Assembly (NCBI GenBank): GCA_964461915.1
Contig: CAYWVD010000001.1
Location: forward strand, 407,205-471,204
Source of the DNA: an uncultured Candidatus Saccharibacteria bacterium
GTDB lineage: Bacteria > Patescibacteriota > Dojkabacteria > B142 > OLB20
Length of the DNA: 64,000 bases
Reading direction: 5' to 3'
Part shown: positions 39,427 through 50,409 of the stretch, one piece after another
How the letters are laid out: every line of letters starts with the position of its first letter
How positions within the stretch are numbered: the first letter of the stretch is position 1
Notes under the pieces: generated by a model
The model's input: only the letters and a program-made list of their open reading frames with translations
The model's database searches: none
What the model was told of the DNA's origin: nothing
Made by a program: the position numbers and the translations under genes

Positions 39427-40386
39427 ATGACCGATTCACTGTTCTTACTTCTAAAGATCTTTGCCATTTTGATTATCATGATCCCATTGAATGGTTTAAT
39501 CTTAAATATTTGGATTAGTTTGGCTCAAAGTTTGCATTTAAGCAGAAAACTAATAATTATTACATCCATAGGCATTTTACTTTCTATTCCAGAGTTATTT
39601 ATCGCCTTAAATGCGATACAATTGGGGACACCCGAATTAGCCCTAGGGAATGCTCTCGGGACTGCAATCATTTTAATCACATTAATAGCAGGAGTAATTG
39701 CGATAAATAAAAAGGAACTTAAAACTAATGAGATTTTTTCAAGCGACAATTTAAATTTATTATCCTTTATTGCCTTATTGAATATTCTTTTATCATTTGA
39801 TGGTCAACTTTCAAGAATTGATGGAGTAATATTAGTTCTCTTCTACTTTTTCTATCTCTTCATTCTATCGACACTTAAGGGGAAATTTTCTCTTAATGAA
39901 CGCCCTAAAATGTCAGGGAAGAAAAAGTTCTTATCAATTCTTGGCATTATAGCAGGGTTAGTTGGAATTTGGTCTTTGTCCTTTTTCTTAAATAAAGAGG
40001 CTATAAACTTACAAGAAAACACTGCATTTACTTTTTTTTCAATAGGCGCAATTCTTATAGCTCCGCTTGGAGCAATCCCCGAACTAATTTTTGAAATAGA
40101 GTTAGATAATAAAAACAAAAGTAACCTTACTTTAAGCGAACTCTTTACAAGTCTTTTAAGCAATACCACATTAATTCTTGGGATTCTTTTAATTTTTAAT
40201 CCTATTAGCATTAATGGATCAATTTTCTATTATTTCACAGTTCTATTCTTAGCTGTAGCTTTATTATTGTTCAATTACTACTCAAGGACAAAGGATAGCC
40301 TCAACTGGAAAGAAGGTGTAATACTCTTAACAAGCTACATATTGTATATGCTTAGCTCACTAATTTTGATTATCGGGCAAAAATAA
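39427..40386 (+). CDS. CaCA-family cation/Ca2+ antiporter (YrbG-like)
   Basis: Two alpha repeats (GTPELALGNALGTAIILI and GAIPELIFEIEL), 10 TM. Confidence 0.6.
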   Translation: MTDSLFLLLKIFAILIIMIPLNGLILNIWISLAQSLHLSRKLIIITSIGILLSIPELFIALNAIQLGTPELALGNALGTAIILITLIAGVIAINKKELKTNEIFSSDNLNLLSFIALLNILLSFDGQLSRIDGVILVLFYFFYLFILSTLKGKFSLNERPKMSGKKKFLSILGIIAGLVGIWSLSFFLNKEAINLQENTAFTFFSIGAILIAPLGAIPELIFEIELDNKNKSNLTLSELFTSLLSNTTLILGILLIFNPISINGSIFYYFTVLFLAVALLLFNYYSRTKDSLNWKEGVILLTSYILYMLSSLILIIGQK

Positions 40387-40393
40387 TCAGGAT

Positions 40394-41020
40394 CTAGACT
40401 TTATATGATGGGCAAATCTTGCCCAGAGGACATTCTTTACAATTTGGTTTTCTGGCAAAACAATACCTTCTGCCGTGAGTTATTAGAACATGCGTAATAT
40501 TTCTCCAATCCCTTTGATCATATTCCGCCATCAAATCCAGTTCGATTTTTTTAGGATCATTATGCTTCGTTAATCCTAATTTATTTGATAGCCTTTTTAC
40601 ATGGGTATCAACAGCAATCCCTTCGTTGATATTAAAGGCTTCAGATAAAACTACATTAGCAGTTTTTCTAGCCACTCCAGGGATCGTTATTAATTCTTCC
40701 ATAGTACTCGGGACTTTCCCTTGAAAAGAATCTACAACTTTCATAGCAGCCGCTTTAATATACCTGGCTTTGTTTTTATAGAATCCTGTTGAGAAAATTA
40801 ATTTTTCTAATTCGCTTAGATCAATATCAATATAATCTTCGACATTTGGATACTTTTCAAATAAAGCGACAGTCACTTTATTAACTCTTTCGTCAGTACA
40901 TTGAGCGGAAAGAACAGTAGCTACCAACAATTGCCATGGGGATTCAAAGTTCAAAGCACATTTTATTTCAGGGTAAAATTTCATCAAAGTATCAAGTATT
41001 TTTTTTGAATATTTTGCCAT
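40394..41020 (-). CDS. nth: Endonuclease III (DNA-(apurinic or apyrimidinic site) lyase)
   Basis: HhH-GPD (TIPGVARKTANVVLSEAF), catalytic Lys/Asp, C-terminal 4Fe-4S cluster C-x6-C-x2-C-x5-C (CFARKPNCKECPLGKIC). Confidence 0.85.
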   Translation of the reverse strand: MAKYSKKILDTLMKFYPEIKCALNFESPWQLLVATVLSAQCTDERVNKVTVALFEKYPNVEDYIDIDLSELEKLIFSTGFYKNKARYIKAAAMKVVDSFQGKVPSTMEELITIPGVARKTANVVLSEAFNINEGIAVDTHVKRLSNKLGLTKHNDPKKIELDLMAEYDQRDWRNITHVLITHGRRYCFARKPNCKECPLGKICPSYKV

Positions 41021-41033
41021 AATTCTTGGTGGT

Positions 41034-42500
41034 ATGAGATATAATTTGATTGATCTGACTGATTATATTATGAATTGGCAAAAACTCAAAAAGCAAGATT
41101 TTTTATTGACTGTATTAATAATCCTACTATCCTTAATAGGGCTTTTAATAATCTATAGTACGACTTTTAACTATTCACCGGATTCTGCTTTAGGACAAAC
41201 CCTACCTAAGCAGATTATTTTTTTGATCTTCGGATTATCTATTTACTTTATTTTGCTCACAATAGATATATCCTGGCTCGAAAATCAGGGCATTTTAAAG
41301 CTCACATATCTTATAACACTTTTTTTGCAGATTATAGTTAAATTCTTTGGAGACACAAGGGCGGGTACCAATCGCTGGCTAGACATTGGGTTCTTTTCTT
41401 TACAACCTGCAGAATATGCAAAGATTGTAATTATCTTAATAACCGCAAAAGCTTTATACGATATTAAATTCCTAGAAAACAAACCTTTATTTAATAGACT
41501 AACTTTCAAAAAGTCTAAAAAAAACAAATTTTCAAATTTACTTAAAGATAGGCCGATTTTAAAAATAATAGCAAAAAATGCAATTATGGTCTTACCATTG
41601 ATTGGGTTAACGCTTATTCAGCCATCATTAGGGAATGCCCTAATAAGTCTTGCACTCTGGCTATTAGTTTTATTAGTTTTGTTCCCAAAGCCAATATTTT
41701 TAATAAAGACAATAATTGTCCTATTCCTTGGAATTTCTCTTGCATTGCAGATTTGGGAAGTCTCATTTGAATCACCATCATTTATAATTTCAATCTTCAA
41801 TGATTTTAACTGGGTTAGTATAGCAGTCATTTTGTTTACATTGATTGTTTCAATTTTTTTCTTAAAGATTAAGCCGAAACACTTTATACCAACTATAATT
41901 ATCGGATTAATTGTTGTGCTTGGGATTCCAACTCTTTGGAATTCCGGGATTACAAATTATCAAAAAGAAAGGGTACTAACCTTTTTCGAAGGTCCCGAGA
42001 GTGATCCGACTGGCTCAGGCTATCAAGTTATTCAATCTAAAATTGCAATCGGATCAGGTATGTTCTGGGGTAGAGGATATTTGCAGGGGACCCAATCTAG
42101 CCTTAGGGTATTGACCCAAGCTTCTACAGATTTCGCTTTCGCCGCGTATGCTGAACAGTTTGGGTTTGTTGGATCGCTTATCCTGCTAGGGCTTTACTTC
42201 GTTTTACTTCTACGCATTCTAAAAATTGCTCGGGAAAGTAAAAACGAATTTGGAAAGTATCTTGCCTTAGGTGTCGGGATTCTAATGTTCTTGCACATAT
42301 TCATCAATATTGGTATGAATCTTGGCAAATTACCAGTTACAGGAATTCCACTACCTTTGATCAGTTATGGGGGTAGTGCGACAGTGATGATTCTCATTTG
42401 CCTAGGGCTTGTTCAGTCGGTTCAGACCAGCAGAAAATCAGTTGACATCGCCAACAATTTAATGTTAACATCTGCAAGTCTATTGAATAAATCGAAGTAA
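41034..42500 (+). CDS. rodA: SEDS-family peptidoglycan glycosyltransferase RodA/FtsW paralogue
   Basis: SEDS motifs (QPAEYAKIVIIL; PLISYGGSATV), ~10 TM. Second SEDS gene in the window, not linked to murG. Confidence 0.7.
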   Translation: MRYNLIDLTDYIMNWQKLKKQDFLLTVLIILLSLIGLLIIYSTTFNYSPDSALGQTLPKQIIFLIFGLSIYFILLTIDISWLENQGILKLTYLITLFLQIIVKFFGDTRAGTNRWLDIGFFSLQPAEYAKIVIILITAKALYDIKFLENKPLFNRLTFKKSKKNKFSNLLKDRPILKIIAKNAIMVLPLIGLTLIQPSLGNALISLALWLLVLLVLFPKPIFLIKTIIVLFLGISLALQIWEVSFESPSFIISIFNDFNWVSIAVILFTLIVSIFFLKIKPKHFIPTIIIGLIVVLGIPTLWNSGITNYQKERVLTFFEGPESDPTGSGYQVIQSKIAIGSGMFWGRGYLQGTQSSLRVLTQASTDFAFAAYAEQFGFVGSLILLGLYFVLLLRILKIARESKNEFGKYLALGVGILMFLHIFINIGMNLGKLPVTGIPLPLISYGGSATVMILICLGLVQSVQTSRKSVDIANNLMLTSASLLNKSK

Positions 42501-42502
42501 TA

Positions 42503-42820
42503 ATGAAAAACAAATATGCAGTTATAAAAATCAACGGAAATCAATATCTCGTAGAAGAAAACGGAACTGTTGAAGTTGATAAAATTCTAGGAGTAGCTGG
42601 TGATAAAGTCTCATATAGTGAGGTTCTATTAAAAGTTGATGGAGATAAAATCGAAATCGGCACTCCAATTATTGAAAAATCTACCGTAGAAGGGGAGATT
42701 GTCGAGCAAAAAAGAGGCGAAAAAGTCAAAACTTTTATCTATAAAGCCAAATCTCGATATAGAAAATCTAGCGGTCAAAGAGCATATATTACTGTTCTAA
42801 AAATTAATAAAATTAGTTAA
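42503..42820 (+). CDS. rplU: 50S ribosomal protein L21
   Basis: MKNKYAVIKINGNQYLVEENGTVEVDKI typical of L21. Confidence 0.85.
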   Translation: MKNKYAVIKINGNQYLVEENGTVEVDKILGVAGDKVSYSEVLLKVDGDKIEIGTPIIEKSTVEGEIVEQKRGEKVKTFIYKAKSRYRKSSGQRAYITVLKINKIS

Positions 42821-42829
42821 TAAAACGAA

Positions 42830-43087
42830 ATGGCACATACAAAACAACAAGGTGGAGCTAATAAACATGTAAAAAGACCAGGTCAAAGACTAGGTGTTAA
42901 AGTTTACGGCGGTGAATCAATTAGATCAGGTGGTATTATCGTTAGACAAAAGGGTACCAAATTTCACTCAGGAAAAAATACAAAACTAGGTAAGGATTTC
43001 ACTATCTTCGCAACTAAAGACGGTACTGTCGAATTCAAGAATATGACTGACAAACATGCCGGTCAAAAAAGAATAGAAGTTGCCTAA
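42830..43087 (+). CDS. rpmA: 50S ribosomal protein L27
   Basis: MAHTKQQGG...[10 protein letters not shown]...[13 protein letters not shown] typical of L27. Confidence 0.9.
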   Translation: MAHTKQQGGANKHVKRPGQRLGVKVYGGESIRSGGIIVRQKGTKFHSGKNTKLGKDFTIFATKDGTVEFKNMTDKHAGQKRIEVA

Positions 43088-43111
43088 TAAATAATTTTCA
43101 ATTCCAAAGCC

Positions 43112-43576
43112 ATGATTGCTCTAGTCCAAAAAGTTAATTGGGCTAATGTTTTTATAAATCAATCCAAGCACTCCGAAATTAAAAAGGGTATCTTAGTATT
43201 CTTAGGTATAGCCAATTTTGATGATGAGAAAGACATCGATTACATAATCCGAAGAATTGAAAGTTTAAAATTTTTTCAAGGAGTAGAATCAAACTTTGCA
43301 AAAAACATTAAAGAAGAAGATGCGGAAATTCTTGTAGTTTCTCAATTTACACTCTATGCAGATTTAAAAAAGGGGACTAAACCATCATTCACAAAAGCCA
43401 AAAATCCTATTGATGCAAAATCGCTTTATGAAAAATTTTGCGATAAACTAATACATAAGGGTTATAAAACAAAAACAGGATGTTTTCAGGAATATATGCA
43501 AATATCTCTTGAAAACGATGGCCCAGTAACATTTAACTTATGTTCTGATCATTTGCATAATGCAACTAAAATTTGA
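43112..43576 (+). CDS. dtd: D-aminoacyl-tRNA deacylase
   Basis: MIALVQKV...GILVFLGI...DYIIRRIESLKFF and SQFTLYADLKKGTKPSF (Dtd SQFTL motif). Confidence 0.85.
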   Translation: MIALVQKVNWANVFINQSKHSEIKKGILVFLGIANFDDEKDIDYIIRRIESLKFFQGVESNFAKNIKEEDAEILVVSQFTLYADLKKGTKPSFTKAKNPIDAKSLYEKFCDKLIHKGYKTKTGCFQEYMQISLENDGPVTFNLCSDHLHNATKI

Positions 43577-44120
43577 TTTTCTACACGACCAAAAACCGAC
43601 CTTGATGGTTGGCTTAGGGAATATTGGCGACGAATACAAAAATACAAGACATAACGCAGGATTCCTATTTGTTGATCATTTTGTAAAAATTGCAAAACAA
43701 CATGGATACGAATCTCTAGAACAAGAACAAAGACATTTTACAAAAATATTTTTCCCAGATCTTAACCTCTTTATAATCAAGCCCAAAACATTAATGAATT
43801 TATCGGGTTTAGCGGTAAAAAGATTTATAAATTTTTCCCGTAATATTGAGGCCATGATAGTCATACATGATGATTTAGACCTTGATATAGGTGAATACAA
43901 GCTTCAATTTGGGAAAGGCCCCAAAACCCATAATGGAATTAACTCAATAATTGAAGAATTAAAAAGTACATATTTTCACCGAATTCGTATAGGGATTGAA
44001 AATCGAAGAGGAATACCAATTCCTGGCCTCGATTATGTACTTTATGAGTTTTCACCAGATGAATTAACTCAACTTGAAATCCTCTTTGCTTTAATAATCA
44101 AAAAACATTTTGTGATTTAA
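43560..44120 (+). CDS. pth: Peptidyl-tRNA hydrolase
   Basis: LMVGLGNIGDEYKNTRHNAGFLFVDHF (Pth GLGNPG..Y..TRHN.GF motif); overlaps dtd by 17 nt. Confidence 0.85.
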   Translation: MQLKFDFLHDQKPTLMVGLGNIGDEYKNTRHNAGFLFVDHFVKIAKQHGYESLEQEQRHFTKIFFPDLNLFIIKPKTLMNLSGLAVKRFINFSRNIEAMIVIHDDLDLDIGEYKLQFGKGPKTHNGINSIIEELKSTYFHRIRIGIENRRGIPIPGLDYVLYEFSPDELTQLEILFALIIKKHFVI

Positions 44121-44140
44121 AAAATTTTGGGATTTAAAAA

Positions 44141-44166
44141 AAGGACTCGGTGAAAACCGAGGCCTT
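44141..44166. terminator. Bidirectional intrinsic terminator hairpin between convergent pth and the 44183 gene
   Basis: AAGGACTCGGtgaaaaCCGAGGCCTT: 10-bp stem (1 mismatch), 6-nt loop, flanked by A-run upstream and TTACTTTT downstream. Confidence 0.55.
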
Positions 44167-44182
44167 ACTTTTCGACTATATT

Positions 44183-45604
44183 TTAGTGCTTGATTTGGAT
44201 TAAAAGACTTTCAGAATCTAAGTATTCTTGGAAAGAAAGCTTAAATTGTTTCTGTGATGAAACTGTAAACTTGAAAGTTAACACATTTCCAGACTGTGAA
44301 GCTTCTAATGATTGAACATCTCTAGCACCAGGGAAAGTTTGCACTGGTGAAGCAACATTTCTTGCTTGAAGATTTGAAACTTCAACAATTAATACATTCC
44401 CTTCGTATTTTGCAGTTACAGTTGGATATTTACTTCCACCATCACCTTTGTTTATTGCTCTATAGAATCGGAATGCATCTGAATAATCTGCCCAGTTAAA
44501 TGATTTACCATTATTAAATAATCCAGCAGATGCTGAATTATTTGTTAATCCATCACTTAATTCTTGAGGATCAATTGAAAAAGTTGTTTCATTTGTCTTG
44601 CCAAGAGCATTTGTTGGTGTAAAGGTTGGCTTGGTTGTTGTCTTAACTGTTGTAGTTACAACAGGAGATCCCGTAACAACTGTTGAAGGTTCCACATTAG
44701 TATCTTCCACTTCAAGAATATCCAAATAAATAACTGGATTATCAGAAGTGCTTAAATGCAACAAGTATGCGGTTTCGTAATTCAAATTAACAGTAAATTC
44801 AATTGCTCCGTCAACTAAAGTAGATTCACTTGTTGTTAACGAACTTACAGTTTTAGAATTTATTGGCATTTCTTTGCCATTCAAAATCGTTGTATCAGCT
44901 CCTAGTGAAGTGTTTGAGAAAGTCAGTGAGATTTCATTTAAACCACTTTTAGTGTATTCTGCTAAAACAGCCGGTAGAGTAGATTCTCCTGTAAGTACTT
45001 CGGTTGAAAATGCAATTCTGGTAAATGAGGTAAAGAAAGAGACATCAAGATTAGATAGAGAGAATTGTGATTCAGATGCCGTTCCTACATTTTGTGTATT
45101 ATCTGTAAAAGTATCGAAGTCAGCCAAAGCATCAGCCTCACTATCAAGTTTTTGATCCTTATCAACAAAAACAGCTAGTGGATCTTCGGTTACGACAACT
45201 GTTGGTTCAACTCCAGTATCTGGAGAACTATTTAATACATTTTTTAATGCAAAATATGATGCTACAGCCAAAGCTACAACGATAATTACCCATATTACAA
45301 TTCTACTGGCAGAGCCCTTTTCGGCATCATCATTTTCTTTTTTTAACTTAACAGCGCCAGGGGGAACAGAAGCTTGCCTTGCAGGCTGTTCAATATTTGA
45401 CTGCAACCTAATTGGTTTGTCAAAGGCCCCGATTTTAGGGATTGAAGTTGGGAAAGAACTTCCACTAGAAATACTGGAAGACCTTTTTTGAGTTAGCGTT
45501 GGTCTTTCGCTATTTAAATCAGAAGGTTCTGGATTGGGCATCTTTAAATTTTTAAAATTTATTAACATATTCAGTATAGTGAAATTCTGTAAATGGTGCA
45601 ACAT
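44183..45604 (-). CDS. Hypothetical Ser/Thr-rich type-II membrane protein (cytoplasmic low-complexity N-terminus, one TM, extracellular domain)
   Basis: TM IVIWVIIVVALAVASYFAL at ~aa 105. Thr-rich linker (VVTTTVKTTTKPTFTPT). No recognisable catalytic motif. True start may be an internal Met (MPNPEP...). Confidence 0.45.
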   Translation of the reverse strand: MLHHLQNFTILNMLINFKNLKMPNPEPSDLNSERPTLTQKRSSSISSGSSFPTSIPKIGAFDKPIRLQSNIEQPARQASVPPGAVKLKKENDDAEKGSASRIVIWVIIVVALAVASYFALKNVLNSSPDTGVEPTVVVTEDPLAVFVDKDQKLDSEADALADFDTFTDNTQNVGTASESQFSLSNLDVSFFTSFTRIAFSTEVLTGESTLPAVLAEYTKSGLNEISLTFSNTSLGADTTILNGKEMPINSKTVSSLTTSESTLVDGAIEFTVNLNYETAYLLHLSTSDNPVIYLDILEVEDTNVEPSTVVTGSPVVTTTVKTTTKPTFTPTNALGKTNETTFSIDPQELSDGLTNNSASAGLFNNGKSFNWADYSDAFRFYRAINKGDGGSKYPTVTAKYEGNVLIVEVSNLQARNVASPVQTFPGARDVQSLEASQSGNVLTFKFTVSSQKQFKLSFQEYLDSESLLIQIKH

Positions 45605-45681
45605 TAGTTATATCAATTAAGATTGTCTGATATAGGAATAATTTAGTATAATAAAGGGTTTAATTCATAAGTAATGCATTT

Positions 45682-48630
45682 GTGGAAAATATTGTAATAA
45701 AGGGAGCTAGAGCCCATAATCTTAAAAATATTTCAGTTAGCATTCCAAAAAACAAATTAGTGGTTATAACTGGAGTATCAGGGTCAGGTAAATCATCTTT
45801 AGCTTTCGACACAATATATGCAGAAGGGCAGAGAAGATATGTTGAATCTTTGTCATCGTATGCTAGACAATTCTTAGGAATGATGGAAAAGGCAGATGTC
45901 GATTCAATCGAAGGCTTATCTCCAGCCATTTCTATCGATCAAAAGAGTGCAGGGCATAACCCAAGGTCCACCGTTGGAACAGTTACCGAAATCTATGATT
46001 ATCTAAGGCTTTTATTTGCAAGAGTAGGACATCCACATAGTGTCATAACAGGAAAAAGATTGGAATCGCAAACAGTTCAACAAATCGTCGATCGAATAAA
46101 AAATCTTCCCGAAAAGTATGGATCTAAAGAACTAAAAATTATGCTTTTAGCTCCAATTATTAAGAACCGAAAAGGCACTTATGACGAGCTTTTTCAAAGA
46201 TTATTAAACCAAGGATTCCTAAGGGTAAGAGTTGATGGAGAGATTTTTTCCCTTGATGAAGAAATTAAAATTGATCGTTTTAAAAATCATAATATCGAAA
46301 TCGTAATTGATAGATTAGCACTTTCCAATGATAAAGTAGAAGATCCAGAGTTTAATAAAAGATTAACTGATTCTGTTGAACTTTCTTTGAATCAGGGGAA
46401 TAGAGAACTCTATGTTTTTATTGTCGAAAACAAAAAAGATTTATTTTTCTCCGAAAAGCTAGTAGACCCATTAACTGGAGAATCGTTCCCAGATGTAGAA
46501 CCCCATACGTTCTCATTCAATTCTCCATACGGAGCCTGTCAAAGATGCGCCGGATTAGGAAAGATCACCGAAATTGATCCCACCTCGATTTATAATCCAA
46601 ACTTAACGATTAGTGAGGGTGGAATTTTCCCATGGTCAAAAATGGCAGATAATGTAAATTCCTGGTACATGCAAGTATTAAAAGCAGTTTCATCTGCGGA
46701 AGGCTTTTCTTTAAAAACTCCAATCAAAGACTTAACTCCGGAACAAATGAAGCTTATCTTATACGGATCAAATGGAAAAACCTATAGATTAGAATACAAA
46801 AGCGAAAACCGAGATGTGGAATCAACAATGAATATTAAGTTTGAAGGAGTGATCCCAAATTTAGAAAGACGCTACAAAGAGACCGAATCTCCATACATAA
46901 GGCAGGAAATTGAAAAATATATGCGTGAACTGAACTGTCCAGAATGCGATGGCGAGAGACTTCGAAAAGAAGCCTTGGCAGTTACAGTTGATAAAAAAAA
47001 CATAAACCAAGTTACAGCCATGCAACTTCGAGATGTTAAAAAATGGATAAGTTTTATTTCAGAAAGCGAAGAGAAAGCTAACGAAGAAAACGATCTACTT
47101 TCTTCCCAAGAAAAAATTATTGTTAAAGAAGTTGTTAAAGAAATCCACGCAAGGCTTGAGTTTTTACTTGCGGTGGGACTTGATTATTTAACTTTAAAAC
47201 GAAGCGCTACGACTTTAAGTGGAGGCGAATCCCAAAGGATTCGCTTAGCTTCTCAAATTGGGACAGGTCTTAGTGGAGTACTTTATGTACTCGATGAGCC
47301 TTCGATAGGATTACATCAAAGAGACAATTCAAGATTGATAGATACTCTTAAAAAATTAAGAGATTTACAGAATTCCATAATTGTTGTTGAACACGATAAA
47401 GATACAATGCTTGCAGCTGACCATATAATCGATATGGGACCCGGCGCAGGAGAGCATGGGGGGAAGATAATTGCAGAAGGTACTCCCGAAGAAATTCTTC
47501 ATAATAAGAATTCTATAACTGGTGCATACCTTAACAATAAGAATAAAATTTCAATTGAAAGCATTAAAAATGAAACGGAAGAAGCATCAAAGTCCATCCT
47601 TTTCAGAACGATGAATGCTAATAGCAAACAAAATAAAGGAAAATTCCTAGAGCTTATCGGAGCTACTTCTAATAATTTGAAAGATGTTGATCTAAAGATT
47701 CCCCTTGGAAAATTTGTTGCAATAACTGGAGTTTCTGGAAGTGGAAAATCCACGCTGATTAATGAAACATTATCAAAAGCATTACATAAAATTTTCTTCA
47801 ATAATAAAAACATTCCTGGAGAATATAAAGAACTTAAAGGGCTTGAAAATATTGATAAAGTAATTACAATAGATCAGTCTCCGATAGGTAGGACTCCAAG
47901 ATCTAATCCGGCAACATATACTGGATTTTTTACAGCAATCCGAGAACTATTCGCTGCGACTCGTGAATCTAAGGCTAGAGGGTACAAATCGGGCAGATTC
48001 AGTTTTAATATTAGAGGTGGGAGATGCGAAAGCTGTTCTGGTGATGGCGTTAAAAAGATAGAAATGCAATTTTTGCCCGCAGTTTATGTAACCTGCGAGG
48101 AATGTCATGGGAAAAGATACAATAGAGAGACTCTTCAGATAGATTACAAAGGCTTAAATATTTCCCAAATTATGGAAATGACTGTGGATGAAGCTTTGGA
48201 TTTCTTTCAAAACATCACCAGTATTCGCACAAAACTTGAGACTTTAAAACTTGTAGGACTAGAATATGTAAAGCTTGGTCAACCAGCTCCAACACTTTCC
48301 GGTGGTGAAGCCCAAAGAATAAAATTAGCTTTAGAACTAAGCAGAAGAAGTACAGGCAAAACCCTTTATATCCTTGATGAACCTACTACAGGATTGCATT
48401 TTGCGGACCTTCACAAATTACTTGTTGTCCTTCATTCTTTAGTCCAAAAAGGCAATACAGTAGTTGTAATTGAGCACAATCTCGATTTGATTAAAACTGC
48501 AGATTGGATAATCGATCTTGGCCCAGAAGGTGGAGATAAAGGTGGTCAAATTATTGCAGAAGGAACACCTTTGGATGTTTCAAAAGTCGAAAAAAGCTAC
48601 ACTGGACAATGGCTTAAAGATTATCTGTAA
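45682..48630 (+). CDS. uvrA: Excinuclease ABC subunit A
   Basis: Two ABC modules ([23 protein letters not shown]...; second Walker [12 protein letters not shown]), zinc-finger Cys clusters (CQRCAG, CPECDG, CESCSG, CEECHG). Confidence 0.9.
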   Translation: MENIVIKGARAHNLKNISVSIPKNKLVVITGVSGSGKSSLAFDTIYAEGQRRYVESLSSYARQFLGMMEKADVDSIEGLSPAISIDQKSAGHNPRSTVGTVTEIYDYLRLLFARVGHPHSVITGKRLESQTVQQIVDRIKNLPEKYGSKELKIMLLAPIIKNRKGTYDELFQRLLNQGFLRVRVDGEIFSLDEEIKIDRFKNHNIEIVIDRLALSNDKVEDPEFNKRLTDSVELSLNQGNRELYVFIVENKKDLFFSEKLVDPLTGESFPDVEPHTFSFNSPYGACQRCAGLGKITEIDPTSIYNPNLTISEGGIFPWSKMADNVNSWYMQVLKAVSSAEGFSLKTPIKDLTPEQMKLILYGSNGKTYRLEYKSENRDVESTMNIKFEGVIPNLERRYKETESPYIRQEIEKYMRELNCPECDGERLRKEALAVTVDKKNINQVTAMQLRDVKKWISFISESEEKANEENDLLSSQEKIIVKEVVKEIHARLEFLLAVGLDYLTLKRSATTLSGGESQRIRLASQIGTGLSGVLYVLDEPSIGLHQRDNSRLIDTLKKLRDLQNSIIVVEHDKDTMLAADHIIDMGPGAGEHGGKIIAEGTPEEILHNKNSITGAYLNNKNKISIESIKNETEEASKSILFRTMNANSKQNKGKFLELIGATSNNLKDVDLKIPLGKFVAITGVSGSGKSTLINETLSKALHKIFFNNKNIPGEYKELKGLENIDKVITIDQSPIGRTPRSNPATYTGFFTAIRELFAATRESKARGYKSGRFSFNIRGGRCESCSGDGVKKIEMQFLPAVYVTCEECHGKRYNRETLQIDYKGLNISQIMEMTVDEALDFFQNITSIRTKLETLKLVGLEYVKLGQPAPTLSGGEAQRIKLALELSRRSTGKTLYILDEPTTGLHFADLHKLLVVLHSLVQKGNTVVVIEHNLDLIKTADWIIDLGPEGGDKGGQIIAEGTPLDVSKVEKSYTGQWLKDYL

Positions 48631-48664
48631 TCATCAGCGCAAATTTATTGATATTTTAATAAGG

Positions 48665-49495
48665 CTATTTTAATAAAAGTCTTTTAATTTCTTCAAAAAG
48701 ACTATTGTTTGAGCAAATTAACCTTGTGTCATTAATTTTCGGGATAAAAACTTTTTCAGTTTTTCCACCTGCATATTTAATTAAAGCCCTTCCGGCAACA
48801 GTATCGTAATCAGGATCGTTCACCAAATATACTGAAGCATCAAGGCCACCCTGAGCCACCCAAGATAAAACAAGGGCTGAGCTTCCGATTTGCCTTATCC
48901 TATAACAAGCCTTTTCAAAATCATCAAGTTTTTTAAATACCCAATCTTTTTGATCATCCCAATTGGGGCGAAAGGGGACTATACCGATATTTATAATGGT
49001 TTCTTCAAGTTTATTTTTCATAGAGACTTTAAGTTCAATCCCATCTCGATTAGTTTTTTCAATTTCAGATCCAAAATACAATTCATTGGTGATAGGGTTC
49101 ATACAAGCCCCCAAAATCGGTTCTCCTTTGAATAAAATCCCTATTTGTGAAGAAAAAATTGGAATATGATTAGCAAAATATTTTGTACCATCAATTGGAT
49201 CAATAAAACACATAAAATCCTTATTTGGGATTTCCCATTCTTTATGTTCCTCCATTTCGAAACCCAATTCAGGGAATTTTTCATGCAATTGATGAAACAC
49301 AACTTCCTCTACAGATTTATCGATCTCAGTAACCATATCGAGATAATCTCTTTTGTCTTTCCCAATTTTTTGATCGATCAAAAAATTATTTTCGTAATAA
49401 CTTTTGGCAATTTTTGGAGCTTCGTTCTTTAAAATACTTTTAATTTCATTACCGACCTTTTGTAAAAAAAAGGTTTCTTCTTTTGTTAATTCCAT
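48665..49495 (-). CDS. Inositol monophosphatase family phosphatase (SuhB/CysQ/HisN-like)
   Basis: Metal-binding motifs E...DPIDGT and W.IDPIDGT-like; 276 aa; last gene of the glmS-glmM-glmU-like operon. Confidence 0.7.
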   Translation of the reverse strand: MELTKEETFFLQKVGNEIKSILKNEAPKIAKSYYENNFLIDQKIGKDKRDYLDMVTEIDKSVEEVVFHQLHEKFPELGFEMEEHKEWEIPNKDFMCFIDPIDGTKYFANHIPIFSSQIGILFKGEPILGACMNPITNELYFGSEIEKTNRDGIELKVSMKNKLEETIINIGIVPFRPNWDDQKDWVFKKLDDFEKACYRIRQIGSSALVLSWVAQGGLDASVYLVNDPDYDTVAGRALIKYAGGKTEKVFIPKINDTRLICSNNSLFEEIKRLLLK

Positions 49496-49505
49496 TTTTG
49501 ATTTT

Positions 49506-50384
49506 TTAAAAAACAGTATTTACGAAGTCTGACAATTTTTCCCAAATTTCAGGATTTTCTCTTGCTAATAATAAGTTCGCGATTAACCATGAATTGACAT
49601 TACCTGTATCGATATATTTCCCCTTGGGTTCATAGATTATTACTTTGCCATTTTGCGCTAACTTAGTGAATGCAGTAGTAAGATACAATTCACCTGTTTT
49701 AGGATCAGGCTCAACTTTATCAAGATATTCAAAAATTTTTGGAGAGAAAATACTCTTACTTAAAGTTACAAAATTTGAATTTACCTGACTTGGTTCAGGT
49801 TTTTCAATTTGATTGGTTAGTAATTTTACACCATTTTCTTCTTTGAATTCTGCAATCCCATACTGAGAGACCCTTTCCATAGGGACTTGAATACAAGTGA
49901 TTAATCCATCTGCGTTATTCTTTTCGAAATTTTCTATCATCAACTTTATTTCAGAATTCCCAGATTCATTTAAAAAGAAGTCATCTCCCGTTAAGGCCAA
50001 AAAGGCCTCCTCACCTTGCAGATACTCACGAGCAAGTTTTAAAGGAACGGCAGTTCCATAAGAATCCGTCTCGTTTTGTCTGACAAATTTAAAAGTCATC
50101 TTTGAATGAAGCTTTGAAATCTTAGAGTATTTATCAAGCTTTTTCATTCTTTCAAGGTACCTGTATATATATTGATCTTCACTATAGAAGCTTTTAATTT
50201 GATCATTTTTATCATTTACAACCAATATCACTTCTTCTATACCTGCTTCTATACAATCGTCTACGATATAATCGATTATTGGTTTATCTAAAATTGGAAG
50301 CATTTCTTTTTGAATAGTTTTTGTGATAGGGAAGAATCGTGTTCCCATACCTGCTGCAAAGATTACTGCTTTTCGGATTTTCAT
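49506..50384 (-). CDS. Sugar-1-phosphate nucleotidyltransferase (GalU-type fold); candidate GlcNAc-1-P/Glc-1-P uridylyltransferase half of a split GlmU
   Basis: MKIRKAVIFAAGMGTRFFPITKTIQKEMLPILDKPIIDYIVDD (GalU/RmlA-type G..AAG.GTR motif); immediately downstream of an LbH acetyltransferase and glmM/glmS. Confidence 0.65.
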   Translation of the reverse strand: MKIRKAVIFAAGMGTRFFPITKTIQKEMLPILDKPIIDYIVDDCIEAGIEEVILVVNDKNDQIKSFYSEDQYIYRYLERMKKLDKYSKISKLHSKMTFKFVRQNETDSYGTAVPLKLAREYLQGEEAFLALTGDDFFLNESGNSEIKLMIENFEKNNADGLITCIQVPMERVSQYGIAEFKEENGVKLLTNQIEKPEPSQVNSNFVTLSKSIFSPKIFEYLDKVEPDPKTGELYLTTAFTKLAQNGKVIIYEPKGKYIDTGNVNSWLIANLLLARENPEIWEKLSDFVNTVF

Positions 50385-50409
50385 GATAAAAATATATTAA
50401 TTAAATTTT

